NCBI GenBank assembly: GCA_965224025.1
Contig: OZ245033.1
Span: 992,001 to 1,056,000 of the forward strand
Length of the DNA stretch: 64,000 bases
Source: Candidatus Multivorans sp.
Lineage (GTDB): Bacteria; Acidobacteriota; Thermoanaerobaculia; Multivoradales; Multivoraceae
Direction of reading: 5' to 3'
Below, piece by piece: positions 23,575 through 33,809 of this stretch. Numbering within the stretch: the first letter of the stretch is position 1; each line of letters opens with the position of its first letter. The notes beneath the pieces were generated by a model, which worked only from the letters and a program-made list of their open reading frames with translations, did no database searches and had not been told where the DNA came from. Position numbers and translations under genes: made by a program.

Positions 23575-26500
23575 TCAGACGGGATCGTCTTCCAGCCCCG
23601 GTCCCTGCAGCAACTCGATCAACTCTTCCCGCGAGAAGATCTTGTTCAGACGCGGATCGTCCTCCTGCACCACGCTCTCCATCAGCCGGCGCTTGCGGTC
23701 GATGATCGCCGCGATCCGTTCTTCCAGGGTCTCCTCGGTGAGCAGCTTGAACACATGTACGACCCGCTTCTGGCCGATGCGGTAGAGGCGGTCGGTCGCC
23801 TGATCCTCCCGGGCGGCGTTCCACCAGCGGTCGTAGTGGATCACGACCGAACCGCCAACCAGGTCGATCCCCGTGCCCCCGGCCTTCAGGCTGCCCAGAA
23901 ACACCCGGCACTCCTCGTCGTTGTTGAACCGGTCGACGACCTTGCCGCGTTCGCGGGTCGAACCCGTCAGGGTGACGCAGTCGATGCCGAGCTTCGTCAG
24001 ATGGCGCTCCAGGATCGCGATCATGCCCAGGTACTGGGTGAAGACGACGACCTTCTGGCCGCTGTCGAAGCTCTCCTCCAAGAGCTCCTTGCAGAGGTCC
24101 CACTTCCCCGACTCGTAGTTCTCGTAGCGATCCAGATCGCCGACCGCCAAGGCGGGATGATCGCAGATCTGCTTCAGCATGTTCAGCAGGGCGAAAATGT
24201 GGATGTAGGGCAACGAGCTCCGTTCGCTCCGCAGCGTCTTCATCAGCGCCGCGCCCTTGGTCTCGATCGTCTGCCGGTACATGCCGAACTGCTCCTCGCT
24301 CAGGCGGCAGGTGCGGACATCCTCGATCTTCTCCGGCAGTTCGTCCAGAACCGCGGTCTTGACCCGGCGCAGGACGAAGGGCGCGGTCAGACGCCGCAGG
24401 TTGACCGCGTACCACGAATCGGCATCGAGTTCGTTCGGCCCCATGAAGTCGACGTAGCTGTCGTCACCGCCCAGATAGCCGGGCAGCACGAGATCGAAGA
24501 GTCCCTTCAGTTCGGTCAGCGCGTTCTCGATCGGCGTACCGGTCAGCCCGAGCTTCATGCGCGCCTGAAGCGCCACCGCGGCCCGGTAGCCCTGCGTGCT
24601 GCGGTTCTTGATCTGCTGGACCTCATCGAACACGATCAGACCCCACAGTCGCTCGCCGAAGCGCTCGACGTCGTTGCGCATCACGCCGTACGAGGTGAGC
24701 ACCACATCGCCCTGGGCCAGCGATTCCTCCAGATTGCGGTGAGGTCCGTGGTAGTAGACCGGCCGCAGTGTCGGAGCGTACTCGCGCAGCTTGTTCCGCC
24801 AGTGGCTGATCACGGTGCGCGGGCAGACGACCAGAATCGGCAGGTCCACAGCCAACTGTTCGCGCAGAATGACCATCAGGGCCATCGCCTGGTGGGTCTT
24901 CCCCAACCCCATGTCGTCGCACAGCAAGCCGGCCAGACCGTTCTCGTACAGAAACTTGAGCCACTCGACGCCCAGCTTCTGGTAGGGCCGAAGGATGCTC
25001 CGCAACCCTTCCGGCTCGACCAGCGGATCGGCCGGCTTCAAAGCCAGAAAGCGGCGCAGGAAATCGGTCCGGCTGCCTTCGCCCTCGACCCGGATCGGCG
25101 CCGCGCTCGAGGCCTGAAGCCGCAGCAACTCAGCCGACGAGAGGCGCACGCTCCCCGCGCCGCCATTGCCGGCGCCGCCGTTGCCCGCAACGCTGGACCG
25201 GCCGGCACTCACTCGACGACCGGGCAGCGAGCCCAGACTACGCAGAGCCGGTGCGTTCAGGTCGATCCAGCCGGAAGCGGTCTCGAGATACGGCTGGCCC
25301 GCCCGTTTCGCTTCGAGCAGTTCGTCCAGCCCCACGTTGCCGCTGCCGAAGCCGTAACGGATCGAAAGCAGGTCGTCTCCTTCGTCCTCGCCCTCGGGAG
25401 CAATCTCGATGTAGTCGAACTCGGTCAGAATGCCGAGGCTGGCCAGAGGATTCTCGGCCAGGGTCGGCGCCGGTTCCAGGACCGGCGGCCTGGAGCGAAA
25501 CGTGTCGATGGCAGCCGCCTCGAGATCAAGACACCTGGGTTCCCGCCAGCGCCCCTCACTTCGTTCCGACCGCCGCACGAGAATCCCCAGCTCCTCGAGG
25601 AACACGAGACCGCCGTACCGGAAGCGCTCACGCTCGGGTTCGTCGAGTAGCTCCTCGCCCTCCGCGGCGAGGCTCAGGGCGCCAAGCTTCCACTTCTCTT
25701 CGATCTTCGTGTCCGGCCCAACGTAGAAGAGGTCGGCAGCCGGAAGCGGCGCAACCGAGTCCTGCCCCGTCTCCGCCAGCAGCGCGAGCGCATAGGCAAC
25801 CCGCCTTCTCGGCACCGCGATCTGAAAGCAAACCGACGCATCGGAATCGGCCCGAACCTTCAGAAACAGGCTACCGCTACGGAGGTCGACCGCGGGCTCG
25901 AGCCGCATCCGCGCCTTCACAAGCTCCGCCATGCCAGGCGCGCCACCGGGGATATCGCCATACTCTCGTAGCGCGTGGTAGGCGACGCGGCACCAGACAC
26001 TCCGTTCGAAGAACTGCCGGTTCGTCTGCATTCCGGCCTTGTTCAGGTGCTGTTCCTCGGGCGTACGCATGAAGGTCGAGAGACGATCGAGGAGACCTGA
26101 ACGATCGGCCACCGAGGCGCCGGACGAGAGCTTCCCGATCCGCTCGAGGAAGCGGACAACCGGGGGAGACTGCTCCAGGTAGCGGAGAACCTCTACTTCA
26201 CCCGGCGCAAACAGACGGATCGGCCCGCCCGGCCGCTCCTGCAGAACACGGCAATCCGAAACGGAAGGAAGGTTGTCGGCGAAGAGTGTCTGGGCGAGCC
26301 GGAACCAGCCGCTGCGTGTGAACAGGTCGACCCAACTGCCGCCGAGGGCGCGGTGGAACTCCCGGATCTGGCCTTCGAGCTGCTTCAGATGGCGGCAGCC
26401 GCTCCGCCGCCCCGCCGAACAACTGCAGAACGTGAGTGGCCGCTTCGACCCCGCCACGTTGGCGAGATGCACCGCCGAACCCGGCTCCGGATCGTGCGGA

Positions 26501-26640
26501 TCCGGCAGCAGTCCGATGCCGGTGCGGTGGAATTCGAGGCGGGGGAACAGCTTCACGACACAGTCGCCAGTTGGCTTCGGGGCAAGGCGCGAACGCACGC
26601 GGAAACGGGGCTGGAGCTTTCCCCAAGGGGCCCGATCCAC
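23575..26640 (-). CDS. SNF2/SWI2-family helicase with SWIM-like N-terminal zinc finger
   Basis: CSC...CRH; LRPYQ, LCDDMGLGKT, FDEVQQIKN, LTGTPIEN, DRWWNAAREDQATDR; start uncertain (about 26560-26640). Confidence 0.9.
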   Translation of the reverse strand: MDRAPWGKLQPRFRVRSRLAPKPTGDCVVKLFPRLEFHRTGIGLLPDPHDPEPGSAVHLANVAGSKRPLTFCSCSAGRRSGCRHLKQLEGQIREFHRALGGSWVDLFTRSGWFRLAQTLFADNLPSVSDCRVLQERPGGPIRLFAPGEVEVLRYLEQSPPVVRFLERIGKLSSGASVADRSGLLDRLSTFMRTPEEQHLNKAGMQTNRQFFERSVWCRVAYHALREYGDIPGGAPGMAELVKARMRLEPAVDLRSGSLFLKVRADSDASVCFQIAVPRRRVAYALALLAETGQDSVAPLPAADLFYVGPDTKIEEKWKLGALSLAAEGEELLDEPERERFRYGGLVFLEELGILVRRSERSEGRWREPRCLDLEAAAIDTFRSRPPVLEPAPTLAENPLASLGILTEFDYIEIAPEGEDEGDDLLSIRYGFGSGNVGLDELLEAKRAGQPYLETASGWIDLNAPALRSLGSLPGRRVSAGRSSVAGNGGAGNGGAGSVRLSSAELLRLQASSAAPIRVEGEGSRTDFLRRFLALKPADPLVEPEGLRSILRPYQKLGVEWLKFLYENGLAGLLCDDMGLGKTHQAMALMVILREQLAVDLPILVVCPRTVISHWRNKLREYAPTLRPVYYHGPHRNLEESLAQGDVVLTSYGVMRNDVERFGERLWGLIVFDEVQQIKNRSTQGYRAAVALQARMKLGLTGTPIENALTELKGLFDLVLPGYLGGDDSYVDFMGPNELDADSWYAVNLRRLTAPFVLRRVKTAVLDELPEKIEDVRTCRLSEEQFGMYRQTIETKGAALMKTLRSERSSLPYIHIFALLNMLKQICDHPALAVGDLDRYENYESGKWDLCKELLEESFDSGQKVVVFTQYLGMIAILERHLTKLGIDCVTLTGSTRERGKVVDRFNNDEECRVFLGSLKAGGTGIDLVGGSVVIHYDRWWNAAREDQATDRLYRIGQKRVVHVFKLLTEETLEERIAAIIDRKRRLMESVVQEDDPRLNKIFSREELIELLQGPGLEDDPV

Positions 26641-26772
26641 TACGCCGAGCGCGTAAACGTTCGATTCTATCGCCGATTCGGTGGCCTGTGGGGCTCTTTC
26701 TCGCCAAGAAAGGACGGATAGCCTGTTCCGCCCGAACCGCGGACATGAGCGGGCAGATCGGCAGGCTGCTCC

Positions 26773-27680
26773 TCACTCCGGACTCTCGGCGCTGAACTCG
26801 GTGAACTTGAATTCGCCCTTCGATCCCCACCTCTCCCAGATCGGTATGCCGTCCAGGGCGGTGATCTTCCAGGTGTCCCCGTACTTCCTCAGGTAGAAGA
26901 GGCGTTCCATGATGGCCTGCCTGGCGGGTCGAAAGTCGATGAAGACGCCCCGAACGATCGCCACCTCACCGGCCCACTCGGCGTACATCGACTTCGTATC
27001 GGTCGGCGACCGGCCAGGAAGCAAGCTCCCGGTACTCGGATGGATCGGCCGGGATCACCTTGATGTCGCCATTGTCCGTCAGAACAAGAAGGCGATCGCC
27101 CATCACGACGAAGGACGCGTACCGTGCCGCCTGGGGCGGGCCCTGCCAGCACTGCTCTCCTGTCCGGATCTCAACGCAACGAGCGTCCCGAGGCTCTTGT
27201 TGGAACGAAAGTAGACCTAGTCGTCGACGAGCACCGCCGAGTCCATGTAGAGCTCGTGCCGCTTCGACGCCCAGACATTGCTCACCTGCCAAGGCTGATC
27301 AGTCGACCCGCCCCGGGGTTCAACCTCGAGCAGCGTGTTCCCCCAGTGATAGCCGCCGATCGGGATCCGCTCCTCGTAGAGCCCGGGGGTCGTGATGTTC
27401 ATCTCCATGAACGTGCGCATCTCCTTCGACCACAGGAGCTTGCCGTCACTGGCGCGGACGCCGACCGCGTTCTTCTGGGTCAGCGTCACGATCTGCCGGA
27501 CGCCACCGATCGTGAACGCCATCGGCGAGGCGTAGCTCGGCGGGAACTCCCCGGTCCGCCACACTTCTTCACCCGTGTACCGGTTGTAGGCGACCAACGC
27601 CCCAACGACGGACCGAGAAACAGGAGCACGCAGACCGTCGCTTGAACTGCCCCGAGAGTACAGGCACGGATCTGCGTCAC
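26773..27680 (-). pseudogene. Decayed cassette: PQQ-like beta-propeller pseudogene plus NTF2-like fragment
   Basis: LVAYNRYTGEEVW, YASP, DGKLLWS repeats; in-frame TAG 27219-27217, frameshift near 27170, apparent internal deletion after a signal-like N-terminus. Confidence 0.65.
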
Positions 27681-27813
27681 GGACTGAGGGTCTCAGCCCC
27701 GCGGCTCAAACAGCTCAAACCACTCGACGATCCGCCCGTCTTCGACGGAGGGCACGGCGATCCAGGGGATCCCGCGATCCGGCTTTCCGACTGTGGTGCA
27801 TTCCGGCATCACG

Positions 27814-30591
27814 TCAGAAGTCCAAGGTCAGGCGCAGCGTCAGCCGCCGCGGCAGCAGGAAGTTCAGAGGTACGAGATTGCCGCTCCGATAAGCACCAAC
27901 CTGCCACTGGTCCCAGCCATCGTCGTTGAGTACGTTCTGGACCTGCAGGTCGACGCCCAACGCGCGGCCGTTCCCGAACGCGAACGAGCGTCCGAGACCG
28001 AGGTCCAGAAACGTATTGCCGGGCAGCCGGACGCCGTCTTGGTGCGGATGCAAAGCGATCTCGGTCAGTCCCTGGTTCAACCGCACGCGCGTATGGACCG
28101 TATACGGCCGGCCGTCCTGAACCCTGAGCACTCCGACCGCCCTCAAATCCCAGGGCATGTCGACATGCCCCTGGGCCAGGAACATCAGTTTCCGGTCCGC
28201 CTGGTAGAGGCCGTCCCCGTTCAGATGATGATTCGGGTCGGTGCCCTCCTGGTTGGCGAAGAAGGGCTGACCCTGGATCTGGTTCAGAGGACGGGTGTTT
28301 CGTCCCGTTCACTTCGAGTAGCCGAGAGAACTGTTCAGTCCCCAACGGCCGACTTGGCGTTTTCGGAGGGTCAGGAAGAACCCCTCGTAGTCCTGGTAGT
28401 ACCTCGCATCGGGCGGCGCGTTCGCTCCCGGGCCCGGGCTGTTGCCCTTGCGCCGCGTAGGCTCCTCAACAATGCTGAAGAGCGTCATCGTCTCGCCCGT
28501 TTCCGGGTTGACGAAGGGCACCTCTTCATACACGCCGTCATCGAGGATGTGCCAACCAATGAAGTTCGCACCTTCCTTGATCACCAGCTCCGCACCGATC
28601 GTGAGGGAGTCGCTGAGCTGCCGCTCGTAGCCCACGGCGAACTGGTCGAACTCGGGAGGCTTCATGTTCGGGTCAGGCGTGTCGAGGTGCTCGTCGGTGA
28701 CCGTTCGGAAGTAGGTGAAGGGACCGTAGCGATTGGCGCTGAAGCCGAATCTGGCGACCGGGCGGTCGGGATGCGGCCCGTTCCACATCGCCGTGTTGTT
28801 GTTCTCGAAGTACTTGCCGTACGACACCCGCAGCACGCCCTGTTTGGAGCCCTCTCCGACCTGGTAGGCCAGACCGATACGCGGAGAGATGGTCTCCCAG
28901 TCGACGACGTCCCTGTAGGCGGGATGTACGTTCCCGGTCTTGACGCCCTGGTTCTCGCCACCGAAGTGCTGCAGGAGCTCAGGAAAGGCAGGAATATCGC
29001 CGTTGTCCTGGTCGAGGCGGACGCCAAGGTTCAGAGTCAGCCTGTCTCCCACACTCCACGAATCGTCTGCAAAGACCCCGAGCGCCGTGCTGTCGCTGCC
29101 GTAGTAGTGCGGTCGGCGAGCGTAGATGTAGTAGTTCGACCCGAACTTGTAGTAGTACTTGCCGCTGGCGCCGGGATAGATCGCGGCGGTCTGGATGAAC
29201 GCGTCGGTGAACTGGACGCCGAACTTGAACTCGTGGCTGCCGCCGAGGTCGTCCGCGAAGTGCGTCAACTTCGCGCTCGCCCTGGTCATTTCCGGCGGGT
29301 AGTCGTACGGATATTTCACCCCGCCGACCGTGGTCGGCACCGGCGCCGTGTAGTCGATGACGGGCGCGGCGATGCTTCCGGTCACCGAGGCGACGCGGTC
29401 GTAGTTCTCAAACGCGCCGACGCTGACCTCGAAGAAGGTCCTGTCCGTGACCACGGACTGCCAGCCGAGCTTCCATCCCGGCTTGATTCCGAACTCGTGC
29501 GATGTCGCGTCCTCGTCCGTGAAGGGATCCGCGGTCTGCCGCCAGTCGTAGTCCTCGTACTGGCCGCTGAGCGTCAGCGTATTCGACTCAGTGAGCGACC
29601 AGTCGAGCTTGAGGTTGTAGCGCTCCCACTTGTCCGGCCGGATCAAGTCGCGTACCTGACCGGGCTCCCCCAACGCGTCCTCCTTGTACTCCAGCGACAC
29701 GTAGTACCACAGCTTGTCCCGCTGGAAGGGGCCGCCGAGCGCCAGGGTGTAGTTCTGGAACCTGTCTCGGTAGAAGCCGGTCTCCTCACCACCTAGCCCC
29801 GCCGCCTTCGGACCCTCGGCGGTCGTGCCCGCGTACTGACCGAAGTAGTTCAGGCGACCGTTCAGGTCGTTGGTCCCGGACTTCGTGACCACATTGACGG
29901 CCGCGCCCGACATGCCTCCGTACTCGGCCGGGGCGCCCACTCCCAGCACCTGAATCTCGGCGATCGTGTCGGGGTTGATCCACCACCACACATTGCTGTT
30001 CTCATGGAGAGAGGCATTGAGACCGTCGACGTTCCAGGAGTTCGCGGCCATGCCGCCGCCGTAGGCCGAGTAGCGGTACTCCGCGTAGGTTTGGTCGCGG
30101 CCCATGTTGCTCATGCCCTTGGCGAATCCCGCGTAGTCCTGGAAGTTGCGGTTCGTGGGCAGGGGGTCGATGAACTCCTCCGGCAGGTTCATACTGATGA
30201 CGTTGCTCGTCACGTCGACGATCGGCCTCTCCGAGGTCACCGTGATCGTGTCCTCGGCCGCCACCAGGTGGAGCACCAGATTCACCGTACTGGTCGCCGA
30301 AATCGAGATGCGCACGTCCTCGACCGTTTCGTCAGTGAACCCTTCGAGCGTCCCCGTTACGGTGACCGTGCCTGGCGGCAACGCCGTCACCAGGTACTCC
30401 CCGGTGGCCCCGGTCGTCGTCGCGCGCTCACCACGCACGATGTCCCCTGTCACCTCCACCAGGACTCCCGGAAGCGGGTCGCCATTCGTGTCGCGCACCT
30501 CTCCGCGCACCGTTCCGACGTTCTGCGCCAGGACCGCCGTCGCCGCCAGCAACAGTAAAGAGAGTGTGACCAGAAATCGAACCCTAGACAT
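27814..30591 (-). pseudogene. TonB-dependent receptor (carboxypeptidase-regulatory N-domain, Oar-like) interrupted by one in-frame TGA at 28311-28309
   Basis: Signal peptide, VNVVTKSGTN, LTLNLGVRLD, ISPRIGLAY; frame continues YSK*TGRN... to C-terminal LRLTLDF. Confidence 0.8.
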
Positions 30592-30790
30592 ACCGACTCT
30601 CCAATCCGGACGTTAAGTCCTTTCTTTTCTGTACGTTATGAAGTACCACCGACTCCTCAGACTCACTACGAATGCTGACTGTTGATTATGTCGCCCAAAG
30701 AACATACACTCTAACCACGCTATAGACAATGAAATGGGACTTTGTTTTTCCTTAACTTTTCTTTGTGCCCAAGAAGAGGGGATTCCCAGA

Positions 30791-32170
30791 ATGAGCGAAG
30801 CCGACGGATCCAGGACAAGCAATCGCCGCGACTGCATCAAGACCATGGCGGCCATCGGCGGGGCCGCGGCTCTGGCGAGCTGCACACCAGGCACGGAAGG
30901 TGCGCCGGAAGCATCTGACGATCGGACACCGGCTGACATGGAAGCGCGACACTTCCCGGAGGGCTATCCGCCCTACCCGTCGGCGGAGGCCGCGGAGACC
31001 GCCTTCGCGGAGCACGTGTCCCCGGGGAACGTGGGGGTCATGAGAGCGTTCGGCACGGAACTCCACTTCGGCCAGCGCGAGGGCGCCCGCGTCCAGGACG
31101 CCTTCACCGGGAAGTGGTACTGGGATTGTCACCGCAACGGCACGCTCTACAACCTCGGCCACCGCAACCCGGACATCATCGCGGCGGTCAAGGAAGCGCT
31201 GCACCAGCTCGAGATCGGGAACCTGCTGCTGGTCTCCGGCTACAAGGCCAAGGCGGCCGAGAAGCTGATCGCCAGCACTGATGGAGCGCTCACCGGGGTC
31301 ACCTACACGGCCAGCGGCGCCGAGTCCACCGAGGTCGCTATCCGCGCGACTCGAGGCATGACCCGGCGTACGAAGCTCGTTTCGATCGAGGCTTCCTACC
31401 ATGGCCACACCTGCTTCGCGATGGCCGCCGGCGACAGCGCCGACAACCACGAGCGCTATCTGCTCGACTTCGACGATTTCGTCTTCGTGCCCTACAACGA
31501 TGTCGACGCCATGGCAGCGGCAGTCGATGACGCGACCGCGGCAGTGCTGATCGAGTCCTCACCGGCGCAGGCGGGTTTCCCGGTGCCCGACCCCGGCTAC
31601 TTCCGGGCCGTCATGGACATCTGCCGGAAGCACGGCGCGAAGCTGATTGTCGACGAGGTGCAAACGGGGCTCGGCGCGACCGGGAAGTTCTGGTTCTGGC
31701 AACACCACGGCATCGTCCCGGACATCATGACGACGGCAAAGGGTCTCGGCGGCGGCATCCTCGCCAACGCGGCCGTACTGCTCGCCCCCGAGGTCAAGGA
31801 GTGGTTCTTCGACACCGCGATACCCCATTCCACGACCTTCGGCGGCAACGAACTGGGCTGCGTGGCGACCGCCAAGGTCTGCGATCTGACGATGGCGCCC
31901 GGCTTCCCGGAGCACGTGAACGCGCTGGCGGAGCAGTTCGCCGAGGGACTGCGCGGCGGTCCCTACAAGGTGAACCAGCACGGACTCTGCATGGGCATCC
32001 TCTCCGAGGAGATCGGCAAGATGGAGATGACGGCGAGGCTGTTCGAGGCCGGGATCTTCACCGTGCCCGCCTGGTACACGGACGGCGGAGTCGAGTTCCG
32101 TCCCATCCTGACGCTGACCGAAAACGAGGCGGACGAGATCATCGGCATCTTCCGCGACACCGTCGGATAG
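30791..32170 (+). CDS. Class III PLP aminotransferase with Tat signal and lipobox
   Basis: SNRRDCIK...ALASC; SGAESTE, YHGHT, DEVQTG, TAKGLGGG, HSTTFGGN. Confidence 0.88.
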   Translation: MSEADGSRTSNRRDCIKTMAAIGGAAALASCTPGTEGAPEASDDRTPADMEARHFPEGYPPYPSAEAAETAFAEHVSPGNVGVMRAFGTELHFGQREGARVQDAFTGKWYWDCHRNGTLYNLGHRNPDIIAAVKEALHQLEIGNLLLVSGYKAKAAEKLIASTDGALTGVTYTASGAESTEVAIRATRGMTRRTKLVSIEASYHGHTCFAMAAGDSADNHERYLLDFDDFVFVPYNDVDAMAAAVDDATAAVLIESSPAQAGFPVPDPGYFRAVMDICRKHGAKLIVDEVQTGLGATGKFWFWQHHGIVPDIMTTAKGLGGGILANAAVLLAPEVKEWFFDTAIPHSTTFGGNELGCVATAKVCDLTMAPGFPEHVNALAEQFAEGLRGGPYKVNQHGLCMGILSEEIGKMEMTARLFEAGIFTVPAWYTDGGVEFRPILTLTENEADEIIGIFRDTVG

Positions 32171-32269
32171 GCGTCAGCGCAGCGCGTGCGCGGCGCTGAC
32201 GCGCATGGAACGGGGCTGTGCATGTCGGCTGGTTGCCCGGCGCTCTATAGGCGGGGCACCGACTTGTCT

Positions 32270-32296
32270 CTGGGTGCGCGGGCCTTCTGGCCCGCA
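32270..32296 (+). repeat. REP-like palindrome
   Basis: CTGGGTGCGCGGGCCTTCTGGCCCGCA; related copies at 40387 and 45709. Confidence 0.6.
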
Positions 32297-32431
32297 TCCG
32301 CCGCAGGCGGAATCCGACTTGGCAGCGTCCAGTTCCATGCAAGCGTGGCGCGGCAGAACATGGGGTGCGCCGATTCTTCCTGCGGCGCACGCTGCTAGCG
32401 CCGCCTGGACGGCGCCAGGCACGCCGTCCAC

Positions 32432-32461
32432 TTGACAGCCGCTCCTCTCCTCCCCTACGCT
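32432..32461 (+). promoter_or_regulatory. Putative sigma70 promoter of the ilv-leu leader
   Basis: TTGACA-N18-TACGCT upstream of the leader ORF. Confidence 0.5.
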
Positions 32462-32529
32462 CTGCGGCACGCTTTGCCGCACGGCAGAGCATCAGCAAAC
32501 CCATACCCAGCAGGACACTCGAACCGGCC

Positions 32530-32703
32530 ATGACGCGCTTGGCACCAGGATGGCGTCGGAGAAGTGCGCGGACGCCTCTTCGCGGCGCCCGGCCCGTCGT
32601 CGTCGCCCGCGTCCTGTCGCGGCCGATCGTCGACTTCGCCGGTGCAGCCGGCCTCCTGCTACTGGTTCTGATTCTGGTTCTTGCCGTCCAGGGGGCTAAC
32701 TAG
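32530..32703 (+). CDS. ilv-leu leader (attenuator) peptide
   Basis: MTRL...VVV...GLLLLVLILVLAVQGAN*; control codons CTC CTG CTA CTG GTT CTG ATT CTG GTT CTT; start codon uncertain. Confidence 0.78.
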   Translation: MTRLAPGWRRRSARTPLRGARPVVVARVLSRPIVDFAGAAGLLLLVLILVLAVQGAN

Positions 32704-32730
32704 GCGCACCAACCGGAACCTGACCGACCT

Positions 32731-32761
32731 AGAGCCCCCAGCACCGCCTGGGGGCTTTTTT
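32731..32761 (+). terminator. Attenuator intrinsic terminator
   Basis: AGCCCCCAG-CACCGC-CTGGGGGCT followed by a T-tract; competing GGGGGCTAACTAGG at 32691-32704. Confidence 0.88.
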
Positions 32762-32838
32762 GGGTTCGGCGCCCCGGAATCCACCATGAAACACCAAACG
32801 GCTATTGAACCACTCGTAGGACTTGTTGAACCACCCAC

Positions 32839-33795
32839 ATGACTATTGAACGATCTGAGTGGATCTGGCTCGAGGACCAGTGGACGCCCTGGGCCGAGGC
32901 GAACGTCCACATCACGACCCACGGCCTCCACTACGGCTCGTCGGTCTTCGAGGGCATCCGCGCCTACGACACCGGCGACGTGACGGCCGTCTTCCGTCTC
33001 GGCGCCCACATCCGGCGCCTGTTCGACAGTTGCCGGATCATGCGCATGGATCCGGGCTACGTCCAGGATCAGGTCGAGGAGCTGTGCATCGAGGCGGTGG
33101 CGCGCAACCGCCTCGAATCCTGCTACATCCGTCCGCTCATCTACCGCGGCGCCGAGAGCATGGGACTCAACCCCACGGACTGCGAAGTGAAGCTCGCGAT
33201 CTTCGCGGTCCGCTGGGGACGCTACCTCGGCGAGGAGGCGATCGAACAGGGCGTCGACGCCGCGGTCTCCTCCTGGCGGCGCTTCAACTCGAACACCGGC
33301 GCCCCCCTGGGAAAGATCAGCGGGCAGTACGTCACGAACCAGTTCGTCTCCGTCGAGGCGCGCCAGAACGGCTACGCCGAGGGCATCATGCTCGACGAGC
33401 GCGGCCTGGTCTGCGAGGGCGCCGGCGAGAACCTGTTCCTGATCAAGGACGGCGTGATCTACACACCGCCGAGCCACAACTCGATTCTGAACGGCATCAC
33501 CCGCGATTCGGTGATCACGATCGCCCAGGATCTGAAGTTCAAAGTGCTCTTCGAGCCGATCAGCCGCGAGGAGCTGTACCTGGCCGACGAACTGTTCATG
33601 ACCGGCACCGCGGCCGAAGTCAGTCCGGTCCGCACCGTGGACCAGATTCCGATCGGCAACGGCAGCCGCGGTCCGACCACGCACCGCCTGCAGGAGGAGT
33701 TCTTCGGCCTTGTGGAAGGCCGGCTCCCCGACCGCCACAACTGGCTCACTCCGGTACCCCGATTGGCTGCGGCGGCACAGCCGGCGGCGGGCTGA
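32839..33795 (+). CDS. ilvE: Branched-chain amino acid transaminase
   Basis: HGLHYGSSVFEGIRAY, EGAGENLF, LNGITR, TGTAAEV. Confidence 0.96.
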   Translation: MTIERSEWIWLEDQWTPWAEANVHITTHGLHYGSSVFEGIRAYDTGDVTAVFRLGAHIRRLFDSCRIMRMDPGYVQDQVEELCIEAVARNRLESCYIRPLIYRGAESMGLNPTDCEVKLAIFAVRWGRYLGEEAIEQGVDAAVSSWRRFNSNTGAPLGKISGQYVTNQFVSVEARQNGYAEGIMLDERGLVCEGAGENLFLIKDGVIYTPPSHNSILNGITRDSVITIAQDLKFKVLFEPISREELYLADELFMTGTAAEVSPVRTVDQIPIGNGSRGPTTHRLQEEFFGLVEGRLPDRHNWLTPVPRLAAAAQPAAG

Positions 33796-33809
33796 GCGAG
33801 GAGGTCAAG

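Noticed and set aside
21805-25650. 1281-aa plus-strand ORF
   Set aside because: Antisense shadow of cimA and the SNF2 gene; no motifs; typical of high-GC DNA
32170-32420. Structured region upstream of the ilv leader as a T-box or riboswitch
   Set aside because: No T-box consensus recognised; it lies upstream of the putative promoter and is explained by terminator/REP-like hairpins
32859-33809. Apparent 317-aa N-terminal extension of IlvB
   Set aside because: Off-frame overlap with ilvE; the real start is ATG 33810 after a GAGGAGG RBS
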